A stretch of DNA of 37,348 bases from a virus (taxonomy: Duplodnaviria; Caudoviricetes), in the IMG/VR virus record IMGVR_UViG_3300038316_000088, positions 1 through 37,348 of that record; one strand, 5' to 3'. Positions 8,564 to 16,615 of this stretch are shown one piece after another. The notes beneath the pieces were generated by a model. It was not told where the DNA came from, ran no database searches, and saw only the letters and a program-made list of their open reading frames with translations. The position numbers were made by a program, and so were the translations under genes. Position 1 is the first letter of the stretch. Each line of letters opens with the position of its first letter.

Positions 8564-8763
8564 TAATTATGGGTTGTCCTGGTTGTGGGTGTAGTGTGAA
8601 TATCATGCCCCCACACGACTATGTCCTGGTGGATGTTGAAACAAGCAAGAAGGAGAATATACGGTTTGGCGTGTACCATGTAGACTGTTATGAAAAAGCC
8701 AAAGCACGGGCACGGGTAGGGGTGGTGTGTGATGACTTGGCTACTTGCAAAGTACCGGAATAA
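8560..8763 (+). CDS. Small zinc-binding protein
   Basis: CPGC...YHVDCY; GGAGG RBS. Confidence 0.6.
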   Translation: MIIMGCPGCGCSVNIMPPHDYVLVDVETSKKENIRFGVYHVDCYEKAKARARVGVVCDDLATCKVPE

Positions 8764-8896
8764 ACTCACCGGACATTGTCATTACATCCCGGTGGAGGGG
8801 TGTGAACATGCCGAATGGATACTACGCTGCATGAACGATCCTGGGGAGTATGAGTTTGTCGAGTTATACAAAAAACAAGAAGTAGAGGAGGAATAA
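8732..8896 (+). CDS. Small hypothetical protein (54 aa)
   Basis: Manual translation MTWLLAKYRNKLTGHCHYIP...EVEEE*; GGGGTGG RBS. Confidence 0.55.
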   Translation: MTWLLAKYRNKLTGHCHYIPVEGCEHAEWILRCMNDPGEYEFVELYKKQEVEEE

Positions 8897-9135
8897 GATG
8901 AGTTATCAATTATCATGGTTTTGTCGGAGATTGTATTTGGATTTATTATTTGGCCCTGATGATGGTTACAGTATTGATTTGACGGATTTAATGGGGTGAT
9001 ATAAATGAATAAAAGGATGGATAGTGTGAGGATGTTTTGCCATCACCTCCACTATCTCGAGTATAATTGGGGTCGTGGGGATGACGAGGCAGAGCTAAGA
9101 CAATATGCAATAATAAAGGAAGAGGAGAAGGGGGA

Positions 9136-9330
9136 ATGAAAAATATGAGTGGTATGCCAAACGTGAACGAGAACCGACTGCAAGAATTAACACACGAAAT
9201 AGAAGTGGTAACATGGTGGATGGAGGCTTGTACTGTGGGAAGCCCTAAATATGTTGCATTCCGTGAGGGTTTAAGACGGTTGGAGAAGGAACGTGACAGG
9301 CTACTCACAATCCAAGGAGTAAAAATATAA
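9136..9330 (+). CDS. Hypothetical protein
   Basis: ORF with purine-rich RBS. Confidence 0.6.
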   Translation: MKNMSGMPNVNENRLQELTHEIEVVTWWMEACTVGSPKYVAFREGLRRLEKERDRLLTIQGVKI

Positions 9331-9341
9331 AAAAAAGGGGA

Positions 9342-9701
9342 ATGAAAAATATGAAACAAGCAATAATAGTAAGAAAAGATTTAAAGATGAGTTGTGGGAA
9401 GATAGCAGGTCAAGTGGCTCATGCAAGTCTTAGAGCATATTGGGCAACACCTAAAAAGATGAGAGATAATTGGGTTTATAATTTTAATGAGGTTAAAATT
9501 GTTCTGAAAGTACAATCAGAAAAGGAACTTGAAAATATTATTGAAAGATGTGACGATGAGGATATTCCATATAGTTGGGTTTTTGATGAAGGTAAAACCC
9601 AAATAGAACCAAATACTTTAACTGCTGTTGGAATAGGACCTTGTGATAAAAAAGATATAGAAGAAGTGATTGGAGGGATTGGAGGATTAAAGTTATTATG
9701 A
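9342..9701 (+). CDS. pth2: Peptidyl-tRNA hydrolase 2 (archaeal/eukaryotic type)
   Basis: KQAIIVRKDLKMSCGKIAGQVAHAS...KIVLKV...DEGKTQIEPNTLTAVGIGP...LKLL, full PTH2 signature. Confidence 0.95.
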   Translation: MKNMKQAIIVRKDLKMSCGKIAGQVAHASLRAYWATPKKMRDNWVYNFNEVKIVLKVQSEKELENIIERCDDEDIPYSWVFDEGKTQIEPNTLTAVGIGPCDKKDIEEVIGGIGGLKLL

Positions 9702-9728
9702 TTAAAAGGATAGAGGGGGAATAAAAAT

Positions 9729-9992
9729 ATGGCAATTATGGTTGGAACGCCACGTGAAATGCAAAAAGAAAGAAGCATTTGGAGTAAACTTAAAAAAATG
9801 ATAAGTGGTGCTGTTAATAACGAACTTCCAGTATATGGTGAGTTTAGATTGGTAAAGGAAGATGGTTATGATATGGTGGTAATTAAATTAGGTGAAGACA
9901 CGCCATTAGATAGTTTAAGAAATATTATGAATAACTTAGGGTTGCAGGATGATGATGTTTGGTTTACAGGGGAGGTCAAAATGTATGTTTAA
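9729..9992 (+). CDS. Hypothetical protein
   Basis: ORF with GAGGGGG RBS. Confidence 0.65.
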   Translation: MAIMVGTPREMQKERSIWSKLKKMISGAVNNELPVYGEFRLVKEDGYDMVVIKLGEDTPLDSLRNIMNNLGLQDDDVWFTGEVKMYV

Positions 9993-10060
9993 TTTTTTTA
10001 TGTGTGGTGTGGTTGTGGATCAGCAGGAGTTATTTTACAACTTCGGGAATTTGGGGTGGT

Positions 10061-10366
10061 ATTATAAAGATTTGTCCTATTTGTGATAATGAGTTCCATC
10101 CCAAAAGTAACCGCCAAAAATACTGTGGTGATGAATGTGCTAGGATGGGACACCGTGAAAAAGCCCGTATTAGAATGCAAAGGATGAATGACAAACGTCC
10201 TTATGGTTATAAACATAAAAAGATGATTTTAGGTAGTGGTAATCTTGGTATGACTCCACGTGATGATTTTAGTGTGGAAGCAGAGAAAATATTAAAGGAA
10301 ATGCAAAAATTTAGATTAAAATCGAGTATTAAAAATGCTGTTCTAAATGGTAAAACCTTTAATTGA
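10061..10366 (+). CDS. Zinc-finger protein (start uncertain, probably ATT/ATA at 10061-10066)
   Basis: CPICDNEFHPKSNRQKYCGDEC followed by a basic helix; GGGGTGG RBS just upstream. Confidence 0.7.
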   Translation: MIKICPICDNEFHPKSNRQKYCGDECARMGHREKARIRMQRMNDKRPYGYKHKKMILGSGNLGMTPRDDFSVEAEKILKEMQKFRLKSSIKNAVLNGKTFN

Positions 10367-10441
10367 AGGGAGTGTATTGGGGTATTGTCATGTGAAATCA
10401 TCCAATATGTTCCCAGCATTCTTATTACATAATCAGTTACA

Positions 10442-10768
10442 ATGGGGGAGCTATTTATAACGATAAACGGTGGGGAGGAAACACTTAAACTTGTAACGCA
10501 CAGCCAATGCCCTGAATGTGAAACAGGACACAAAGACTTTGAATATGACCATATACGTGATGAAATAACATGCACCAAATGTGGATTAGTCCTAAGTGGC
10601 CCGCCTGGTTATGTGGCTGGTCATGTGCAGATAAGTTACCCCTTTGAGAACCGGTATTGTCATCAAGTGGGTGATCGTTTCAGTTATTATGCTACTTATG
10701 GGAGTCTTAATTTGAGTGGCAGGTCTTTGGCTGACCGGAACCATCTCAATTATGACCCGTTAAGGTGA
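10442..10768 (+). CDS. TFIIB/TFB-type zinc-ribbon protein
   Basis: CPEC...FEYDHIRDEITCTKCGLVL matches the archaeal TFB N-terminal ribbon; no cyclin folds. Confidence 0.8.
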   Translation: MGELFITINGGEETLKLVTHSQCPECETGHKDFEYDHIRDEITCTKCGLVLSGPPGYVAGHVQISYPFENRYCHQVGDRFSYYATYGSLNLSGRSLADRNHLNYDPLR

Positions 10769-11538
10769 TGTCTGTGGATAGGTACACGTTGAAGGATAAA
10801 GATAAATTATATCTGATCCCTCATTCTGATGCACATGTTGGAAGTGAGCAGTACAATGAACTATTCAGAGAATACTGGCGAGATACAATAAAAAGAATCA
10901 CCAAAAACCCCACACGTGGCTATCTCAATGGAGATATGTGTGAATCAGCCACTAAACACCTTGCAAATAGCAGTTACCGGCAACAGATGAACATAAACGA
11001 CCAGATCGAATACACGGTTGATTTCCTGAAATGGTTTGATAACTGGAAATGTTGCACCATGGGAAACCATGAGATAAGATTAGAGAAAGAATTTGATATT
11101 GATATTAATCGTATTATTGCTAATGAATTGAAGTGTACTCCTTGCTATCAGTTTTATGACCAGTTTATGGTTAATGGTAAACCATTCACAGTGTATGTTG
11201 CTCATGGGAAAGGATCCTCAATGCACCATTACACAGCAGAAAGTAAAATAATAAGAGATAGCAGAGGAATAGAAGCCGACATCCTAATTAACGGGCATAA
11301 CCACAGATGCGGACATTTCAGCCTTCCATTAGTTGATCCGAGTAACCCTATTGGTTTAAAACGCAAACATTATGTTTTTAGTGGTGGATTTGTTTCATAT
11401 CAGGGATCGTATGCGGATGCAATGCAATTACCACCTTTACCTGAGGCGTTTTGTTATCTCACAATTGATAAGAATTTAAGAGTTGAAAGTAATATTTTTT
11501 ATATAGATGAACGATGCCCAGAGCTTCTAAAAGTTTAA
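10765..11538 (+). CDS. Calcineurin-like metallophosphoesterase
   Basis: DAHVG, NGD, GNHE, HG and GHNH motifs. Confidence 0.85.
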   Translation: MMSVDRYTLKDKDKLYLIPHSDAHVGSEQYNELFREYWRDTIKRITKNPTRGYLNGDMCESATKHLANSSYRQQMNINDQIEYTVDFLKWFDNWKCCTMGNHEIRLEKEFDIDINRIIANELKCTPCYQFYDQFMVNGKPFTVYVAHGKGSSMHHYTAESKIIRDSRGIEADILINGHNHRCGHFSLPLVDPSNPIGLKRKHYVFSGGFVSYQGSYADAMQLPPLPEAFCYLTIDKNLRVESNIFYIDERCPELLKV

Positions 11539-11561
11539 ATAATAGTTATAACATATATTAT

Positions 11562-11653
11562 CTTGTGTGAGAGGTGTTCTTAACTCCGCCTCTCACCACG
11601 CCTATCACAAGGCAATTAAATTAGAGTTAAGGGCGTGAATCTACAGGAGTTAA
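11562..11653 (+). ncRNA. Putative pseudoknotted leader RNA of the endonuclease gene
   Basis: 10-bp stem 11567-76/11587-96 whose loop is complementary to 11624-33 and to the RBS. Confidence 0.45.
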
Positions 11654-11657
11654 AAAA

Positions 11658-12560
11658 ATGTATGGATATATTTATCAGATCCAAAATTTGGTTAATGGTA
11701 AATTATACATAGGCCAAACGACTAAAGAACCAGAAGTGAGAAGATTTGCACATTTCAATTCATTAAAAAATTCAACACATAAAAATAAACACTTTCAAAG
11801 AGCTTATGATAAATATGGACAATCTAATTTTAAATTTAGTGTAATTGCATGGTTCAATTCAGAATCTGAACTTAACAATGCTGAAAAATATTATATTAAT
11901 AAATATTCTTGTTTAAATCCAAATAAAGGATATAACATTTATCCTGGAGGAAATAATAGTCAGATCCCTTTAGAATCTCGGTTAAAAATGAGTAGGTCCC
12001 ATACTGGGAAAAAATTAACCAAAGAACACAAATTAAAAATTAGTAAAGCCACTAAAGGAAAAAATAATCCAATGTATGGAATGAGAGGAGAACTATCTCC
12101 TAGTTATGGAAAACATCTTTCTAAAGAAGCAAAACAAAGATTAAGTGAATTTCATACAGGTAAAAAACTTTCCAATGAAACAAAACGAAAATTGAGCGAA
12201 TACCGAACAGGCAGACCTATGTCTGAAGAAACAAAGAAAAAGATTAGTGATGCTACTAAAGGCGAGAAAGCATATTGGTATGGTAAAAAACGCATATTTT
12301 CGGAAGAGTGGAGAAAAAATGTTTCGTTGGCCAGTATGGCAAGTTCAAAGGATTTGAGAAAGGATAATAGTACAAAACAAAGAGGCAAATGTTTATTTGG
12401 TTTTACAAGTGCTATTCTTCAAAAGGATAAAAATCCAGAGATGAGATGTTGGAGAAGCCAAATAAGATATAAAGGTAAACGTACTTCATTAGGGTGGTTT
12501 AACGACCCATTGAGTTGTGAGATTGTTTATTTTTTAGTTTGGAATGAAATTTATAATTAA
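11658..12560 (+). CDS. Free-standing GIY-YIG homing endonuclease with NUMOD3 repeats and an AP2-like C-terminus
   Basis: YIYQIQN..LYIGQT, E..YI, GYN; repeated GKKLS.ETK.K.S units; WRSQIRYKGKRTSLGWF; visibly AT-rich. Confidence 0.9.
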   Translation: MYGYIYQIQNLVNGKLYIGQTTKEPEVRRFAHFNSLKNSTHKNKHFQRAYDKYGQSNFKFSVIAWFNSESELNNAEKYYINKYSCLNPNKGYNIYPGGNNSQIPLESRLKMSRSHTGKKLTKEHKLKISKATKGKNNPMYGMRGELSPSYGKHLSKEAKQRLSEFHTGKKLSNETKRKLSEYRTGRPMSEETKKKISDATKGEKAYWYGKKRIFSEEWRKNVSLASMASSKDLRKDNSTKQRGKCLFGFTSAILQKDKNPEMRCWRSQIRYKGKRTSLGWFNDPLSCEIVYFLVWNEIYN

Positions 12561-12598
12561 TTTTTTATTTTAAATGAATTTTTAGGAGAGGGGGTTGT

Positions 12599-12916
12599 TT
12601 GAATATTAAGGGCTGGATGGATGATATTTTAAAAAAATTAACCAATGACCCAGATATTGAGGCAAACATAAACAACATTCGATGTTATCTTCCTGATGCC
12701 ACTTACAGTCCTACTTATAAAAAGATTGATATTTATGGAAATGCACCGTCTATACTCCGATATGGAATTGCACACCTTTTAGGTCATGAGTTAGCCCACC
12801 ATTATCATCTTAAAAAGTATGGTGATGTAGGAGATGATTCCAGTCCAGAGTTTCAACGGATTGAACGGTGTTTTATTAATCGTATTTGGGATCTGTGTTT
12901 AGAGGAGCATGATTAA
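12599..12916 (+). CDS. Small HExxH zincin-like protein
   Basis: LLGHELAHHYH motif. Confidence 0.6.
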   Translation: MNIKGWMDDILKKLTNDPDIEANINNIRCYLPDATYSPTYKKIDIYGNAPSILRYGIAHLLGHELAHHYHLKKYGDVGDDSSPEFQRIERCFINRIWDLCLEEHD

Positions 12917-12918
12917 GG

Positions 12919-13095
12919 ATGATTATCACCAAAGTTTCTTGTCATAATTGTTGGAAGCAATCCACCATCATGAATAAGGGTGGGGTTGTTTTTTGTCCGT
13001 GTTGTGGTGAGATAGCCGTGATTAACAGTGTCCTAGCAGTTCCAAAGAGTTATGATTATAATCAAATCAAAGATAGTGGAGTGTGTTCGGATTAA
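12919..13095 (+). CDS. Small zinc-ribbon protein (58 aa)
   Basis: Manual translation MIITKVSCHNC...FCPCCG...SD*. Confidence 0.6.
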   Translation: MIITKVSCHNCWKQSTIMNKGGVVFCPCCGEIAVINSVLAVPKSYDYNQIKDSGVCSD

Positions 13096-13418
13096 GAGAT
13101 ACCAGCCTGGAAAGCATGGAACGACTTGAACGGATAATACAACACGACAAATGCCTTAAAATATATCGGGGTGGTGGTGAGCACTGCATATACATCCAAC
13201 CACACCCACAGAGTTATGATGATGGATTGAAATACATAGAAAGGATATACCTCTGGTTGTGTCACGGAGAATTCCCGGGATTGCGTGTTGTGAACGTGTT
13301 CCAACGCTACGACCTTAACACTCTTAAAATATGTTTGAATGATGACCACACGTTTTATAGGTGTATGATTCAGTGTATTGACCGGCATTGTCAGCGTAGT
13401 CGTCCATTTGAGGATTAA
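13083..13418 (+). CDS. Hypothetical protein
   Basis: 111-aa ORF continuing the operon. Confidence 0.6.
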   Translation: MFGLRDTSLESMERLERIIQHDKCLKIYRGGGEHCIYIQPHPQSYDDGLKYIERIYLWLCHGEFPGLRVVNVFQRYDLNTLKICLNDDHTFYRCMIQCIDRHCQRSRPFED

Positions 13419-13475
13419 CTGTTTCCATTATGGAAGTAGTTCATAAAATAATTATTTTTTATTGGTTGATTTTTT

Positions 13476-13721
13476 ATGGAATTAAAAGACTATATTAAAC
13501 ATGTTGACAGGGTTCTGAAAGGATTAGAATCACTCGAAACATTAGAGGATGCAGACATCCCTAATTTTAATGTTCATGGCTTGCTTATCTTTGATGATAC
13601 TCGTGAGTCCTTTGATATTATCAGCCTCCGAGAGTTGAATGGAACATTCCGGCGTGAGTTCCGGGATGCTACTGAGTTCATGGAGAATGGTATAAGGGGA
13701 TATGAAGGCTTTGATTTATGA
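13476..13721 (+). CDS. Hypothetical protein
   Basis: 81-aa ORF, protein-like composition. Confidence 0.6.
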   Translation: MELKDYIKHVDRVLKGLESLETLEDADIPNFNVHGLLIFDDTRESFDIISLRELNGTFRREFRDATEFMENGIRGYEGFDL

Positions 13722-13842
13722 CTGTTTTATCCGAGTTAACTGCGTGTGGTTTTAATCCGATAGGCATGTTCCGTCGTGAAACCGTGGAGTTGTACTGGGA
13801 GAATTATCAATTGCAGAGGATGAGGACTGATTTAATCAACTT

Positions 13843-14208
13843 ATGGTTCAACCAATAAGGGTGGAAAATAGTTTGAGTAATTATGAACAACAAATTTGGC
13901 TATGGATTTATAAACAGTTAGATCGTCTTTTTTTAACCCCCCCAAACCATATAATTGGATATAATTTGTATGGGACTGATATTTCTAATTTAGAAAAATA
14001 TTGTGATGAACCTTTACAAAAATGTCAAAAAATAATGATTGATGAGTTTTCATTTGAAATTAATCATGATGACATTGGTTATTGGAGTTTAAATGAGGAT
14101 GTTTGTAAAGATATACAAATATGGGGAGAAAATGGGGAAGTATATATCCATTTTGAGGATGAGGAAAATTGGTGGGAGTTAAAAATTGTAAAGTCAAATC
14201 CAAAATAG
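13843..14208 (+). CDS. Hypothetical acidic protein
   Basis: 121-aa AT-rich ORF. Confidence 0.6.
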   Translation: MVQPIRVENSLSNYEQQIWLWIYKQLDRLFLTPPNHIIGYNLYGTDISNLEKYCDEPLQKCQKIMIDEFSFEINHDDIGYWSLNEDVCKDIQIWGENGEVYIHFEDEENWWELKIVKSNPK

Positions 14209-14474
14209 AAATAGGTTGTGTATTGTATTTATAGAGGATTACGATTGGGCGTATTACAAGTTAAACATACAGGAACGGTTGTTTGTGGAACGACCCCTCA
14301 CAATACAAAACGAACTTGAATTGTTTAATATGAGTATGTGGATACGGCATTACAGGTGATTATTTATGTATGACTGTACTCGTATCGGAGTCTAAACGAT
14401 AGTGGCACTCTCCGTTATAGCAACAATACAATAACATTATACTAAATTTACTATAACACCAGGAGTGTGATCAA

Positions 14475-14971
14475 ATTAAGGGATATATTTTACTACTTTT
14501 ACTATTTTTGGCATCCACACCCACCGTGACGGCTGGTTATGTGGGAGCATACAACGTCTACGATGATGGGTACACAGTAGGATCCACAGCCCGATGCAGT
14601 TGTGGAGTAGGACATTATGGTTACACAACCAGTTACTTCGTAGACATGTGTCCAAACTGTGGTGGGAACCTGTATTTTGAACAGGGAGCGTACAGCGGCC
14701 CTGCCTATACCAGTCCTGAAGGGTTATGGGCATGCTCTGTGTGTGACATGGATAGGAAATCAGGGATAATTAACCCTATTCCCCAGAATTTTGCGCACAG
14801 TGCGGTAAAAGCCATGACCATCGAGGATACTGGTTAACCCGAACCAACAAACCAGCACCACCAAAACCAGAGCCGGCTCCGGTTGAAAGTGTTAAAAAGC
14901 CAACAGTGGCTGATAAAATAAAAAGCCACATGGATAAAGGTTGGCCGGAGTTATTCTTACTCGGAACATGA
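14475..14971 (+). CDS. Secreted Cys-rich (zinc-ribbon) protein interrupted by a 35-nt insertion; join(14475..14753,14789..14971), 153 aa
   Basis: Signal peptide IKGYILLLLLFLASTPTVTA from an ATT start after an AGGAGTG RBS; removing the insert gives CSVCDMD|FCAQCGKSH, a Pro-rich linker and a stop 32 nt before the next gene. Confidence 0.7.
14754..14788 (+). other. Candidate bulge-helix-bulge (archaeal-type) mRNA intron
   Basis: The insert is a hairpin, the flanking exons pair with each other, and BHB cut geometry removes exactly the 35 nt that restore the frame. Confidence 0.6.
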
Positions 14972-15003
14972 ATAAAAACCTAAATATTTGGAGGGGATAG
15001 TGT

Positions 15004-15308
15004 ATGAGAAGATTTTTAATAACAGCATTAGGGGTGGTGATGCTTGTTGGTTGTGCCTACGCATGTCAAGAAATACCACCAACCGAACCACCAGTGGAAC
15101 CACCCGTGGAGGAACCACCAATAGTGGATGAGCCACCAGCACCAGAGCCACCAGTTGAGCCAAGCGAACCAATCGTTAAGGAAGAGCCAAGGACAGTGGG
15201 GATGCAATGCACGGCATAAACCCCTTTGACATCCTAATAATCTTTTTAATACTATTCATAGGATGGAAAGTGTTACAAATAATATACGAACAGAACAGAT
15301 GGAGATAG
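15004..15308 (+). pseudogene. Pro/Glu-rich surface protein whose MQxTG-TM sorting signal is separated by a 1-nt frameshift near 15212
   Basis: Signal peptide, PE-rich stalk, TVGMQCT; the -1 frame continues GINPFDILIIFLILFIGWKVLQIIYEQNRWR*. Confidence 0.6.
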
Positions 15309-15314
15309 ATAAAG

Positions 15315-15515
15315 ATGGATCAAGGAAAAATAAGCACATACATCATAAGCGGGGCAATGATAATATTCGCAGCAATACTAGCACAACCCGGACTCATAGA
15401 ACCACTACTAGGCGACTATTACAGCCGATTCGTAGCCATAGTACCACTACTCATGGTAGTGTATAATGCCTACTACCCACGAAACAAAGCCCCAGAAGTA
15501 GAGGATGGAGCATAA
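15315..15515 (+). CDS. Two-TM membrane protein, holin-like
   Basis: Two hydrophobic segments, charged C-terminus, GGAG RBS. Confidence 0.6.
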   Translation: MDQGKISTYIISGAMIIFAAILAQPGLIEPLLGDYYSRFVAIVPLLMVVYNAYYPRNKAPEVEDGA

Positions 15516-15534
15516 AACCCACTCTATCCAATTC

Positions 15535-15570
15535 ATTTATTTTTTATTATTTTTTATTGTATTAATATAA
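15535..15570 (+). repeat. 36-bp direct repeat, copy 1
   Basis: ATTTATTTTTTATTATTTTTTATTGTATTAATATAA, identical to 16564-16599. Confidence 0.9.
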
Positions 15571-15582
15571 GGGGGAATAAAG

Positions 15583-16560
15583 GTTTTAAAATTAAACACA
15601 ATCCACAACACCGACTGCATAAAAGGGATGAAAACACTACCAGATAACTGCGTTGATTTAATCATCGCAGACCCACCATACAATATTAAAAAAGCAGAAT
15701 GGGATAAATGGAAAAGCCAAGAAGATTACCTATCATGGATGATGGAGTGGATTGGTGAATGTGAACGTGTTTTAAAGGATAATGGTAGTTTTTACTGGTT
15801 TCATAATCAGATGCCTGTGATTAGTCGTTTGATGTGTCTTTTAGAGGATGAAACAAGTTTCGTGTTTAAACAGTTAATTGTCTGGAATAAACGATTTGTT
15901 GAAAGTCCTCGGAAATGGTATTTTGATAATGTTATAAAATCTAATATGGATCGTAATTATAGGAGTATGGCTGAATATTTATTATTTTATACTTTCCAAG
16001 ACGAAACTGGGTTAACAACTGTTAAGTTGGATTTAAATAATTTCACTACTCTTAGACAGTATTTTAAGGATTTCCAAGAAGCATTGGGATTAGCTAAAAA
16101 AGAAATAGTTGATTTAATTGGTCAATGTGCTGATCATCCCTTTAGATGGGGAAGTAGTCAATGGGATATGCCTACACCAGAAACATATCAACAATTGTGT
16201 GAGTTACCTTTAAAGAATAATGGATTTATACGCCGTGAATATGAAGACTTACGCCGTGAATATGAAGACTTACGATACACATTTAACAACCAAAAAACCC
16301 ATCACTCTATTTGGAACTATGAAATAACACCAAAACAGGGGCATGTAACCCCCAAACCATTACTCATAATCGAAAACATCATAAAACACAGCAGCAACCC
16401 ACAAGACACAATCCTAGACCCATTCATGGGAAGCGGTACAACCGCTCACGCCTGTAAAAACCTAAACCGTAATTATATTGGCTATGAAATTACCCCCACC
16501 TATTTTAATCTTATAAAGGAACGCCTTAAAAATGTTGAAAAACCATTAACAGCCTTCTAA
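15583..16560 (+). CDS. Beta-class N6-adenine/N4-cytosine DNA methyltransferase (first ATG at 15628; real start probably upstream)
   Basis: IADPPY before HVTPKP and LDPFMGSGTT; conserved LNTIHNTDCIKGM precedes the first ATG; internal 21-bp duplication (RREYEDL x2). Confidence 0.9.
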   Translation, partial: VLKLNTIHNTDCIKGMKTLPDNCVDLIIADPPYNIKKAEWDKWKSQEDYLSWMMEWIGECERVLKDNGSFYWFHNQMPVISRLMCLLEDETSFVFKQLIVWNKRFVESPRKWYFDNVIKSNMDRNYRSMAEYLLFYTFQDETGLTTVKLDLNNFTTLRQYFKDFQEALGLAKKEIVDLIGQCADHPFRWGSSQWDMPTPETYQQLCELPLKNNGFIRREYEDLRREYEDLRYTFNNQKTHHSIWNYEITPKQGHVTPKPLLIIENIIKHSSNPQDTILDPFMGSGTTAHACKNLNRNYIGYEITPTYFNLIKERLKNVEKPLTAF

Positions 16561-16563
16561 ATA

Positions 16564-16599
16564 ATTTATTTTTTATTATTTTTTATTGTATTAATATAA
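16564..16599 (+). repeat. 36-bp direct repeat, copy 2
   Basis: Identical to 15535-15570. Confidence 0.9.
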
Positions 16600-16615
16600 C
16601 AGTAGTTGATAATGA

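Noticed and set aside
11658-12560. GIY-YIG gene as part of a group I intron
   Set aside because: Flanking genes look complete and unrelated, and the non-coding flanks are too short for an intron core.
15263-15466. 67-aa ORF here (and 16606-16842)
   Set aside because: Alternative-frame shadows of better-supported membrane protein genes, caused by A/C-rich sequence.
16229-16274. 21-bp tandem duplication in the MTase as a special element
   Set aside because: In-frame helical repeat (RREYEDL) of a kind recalled from other phage MTases.
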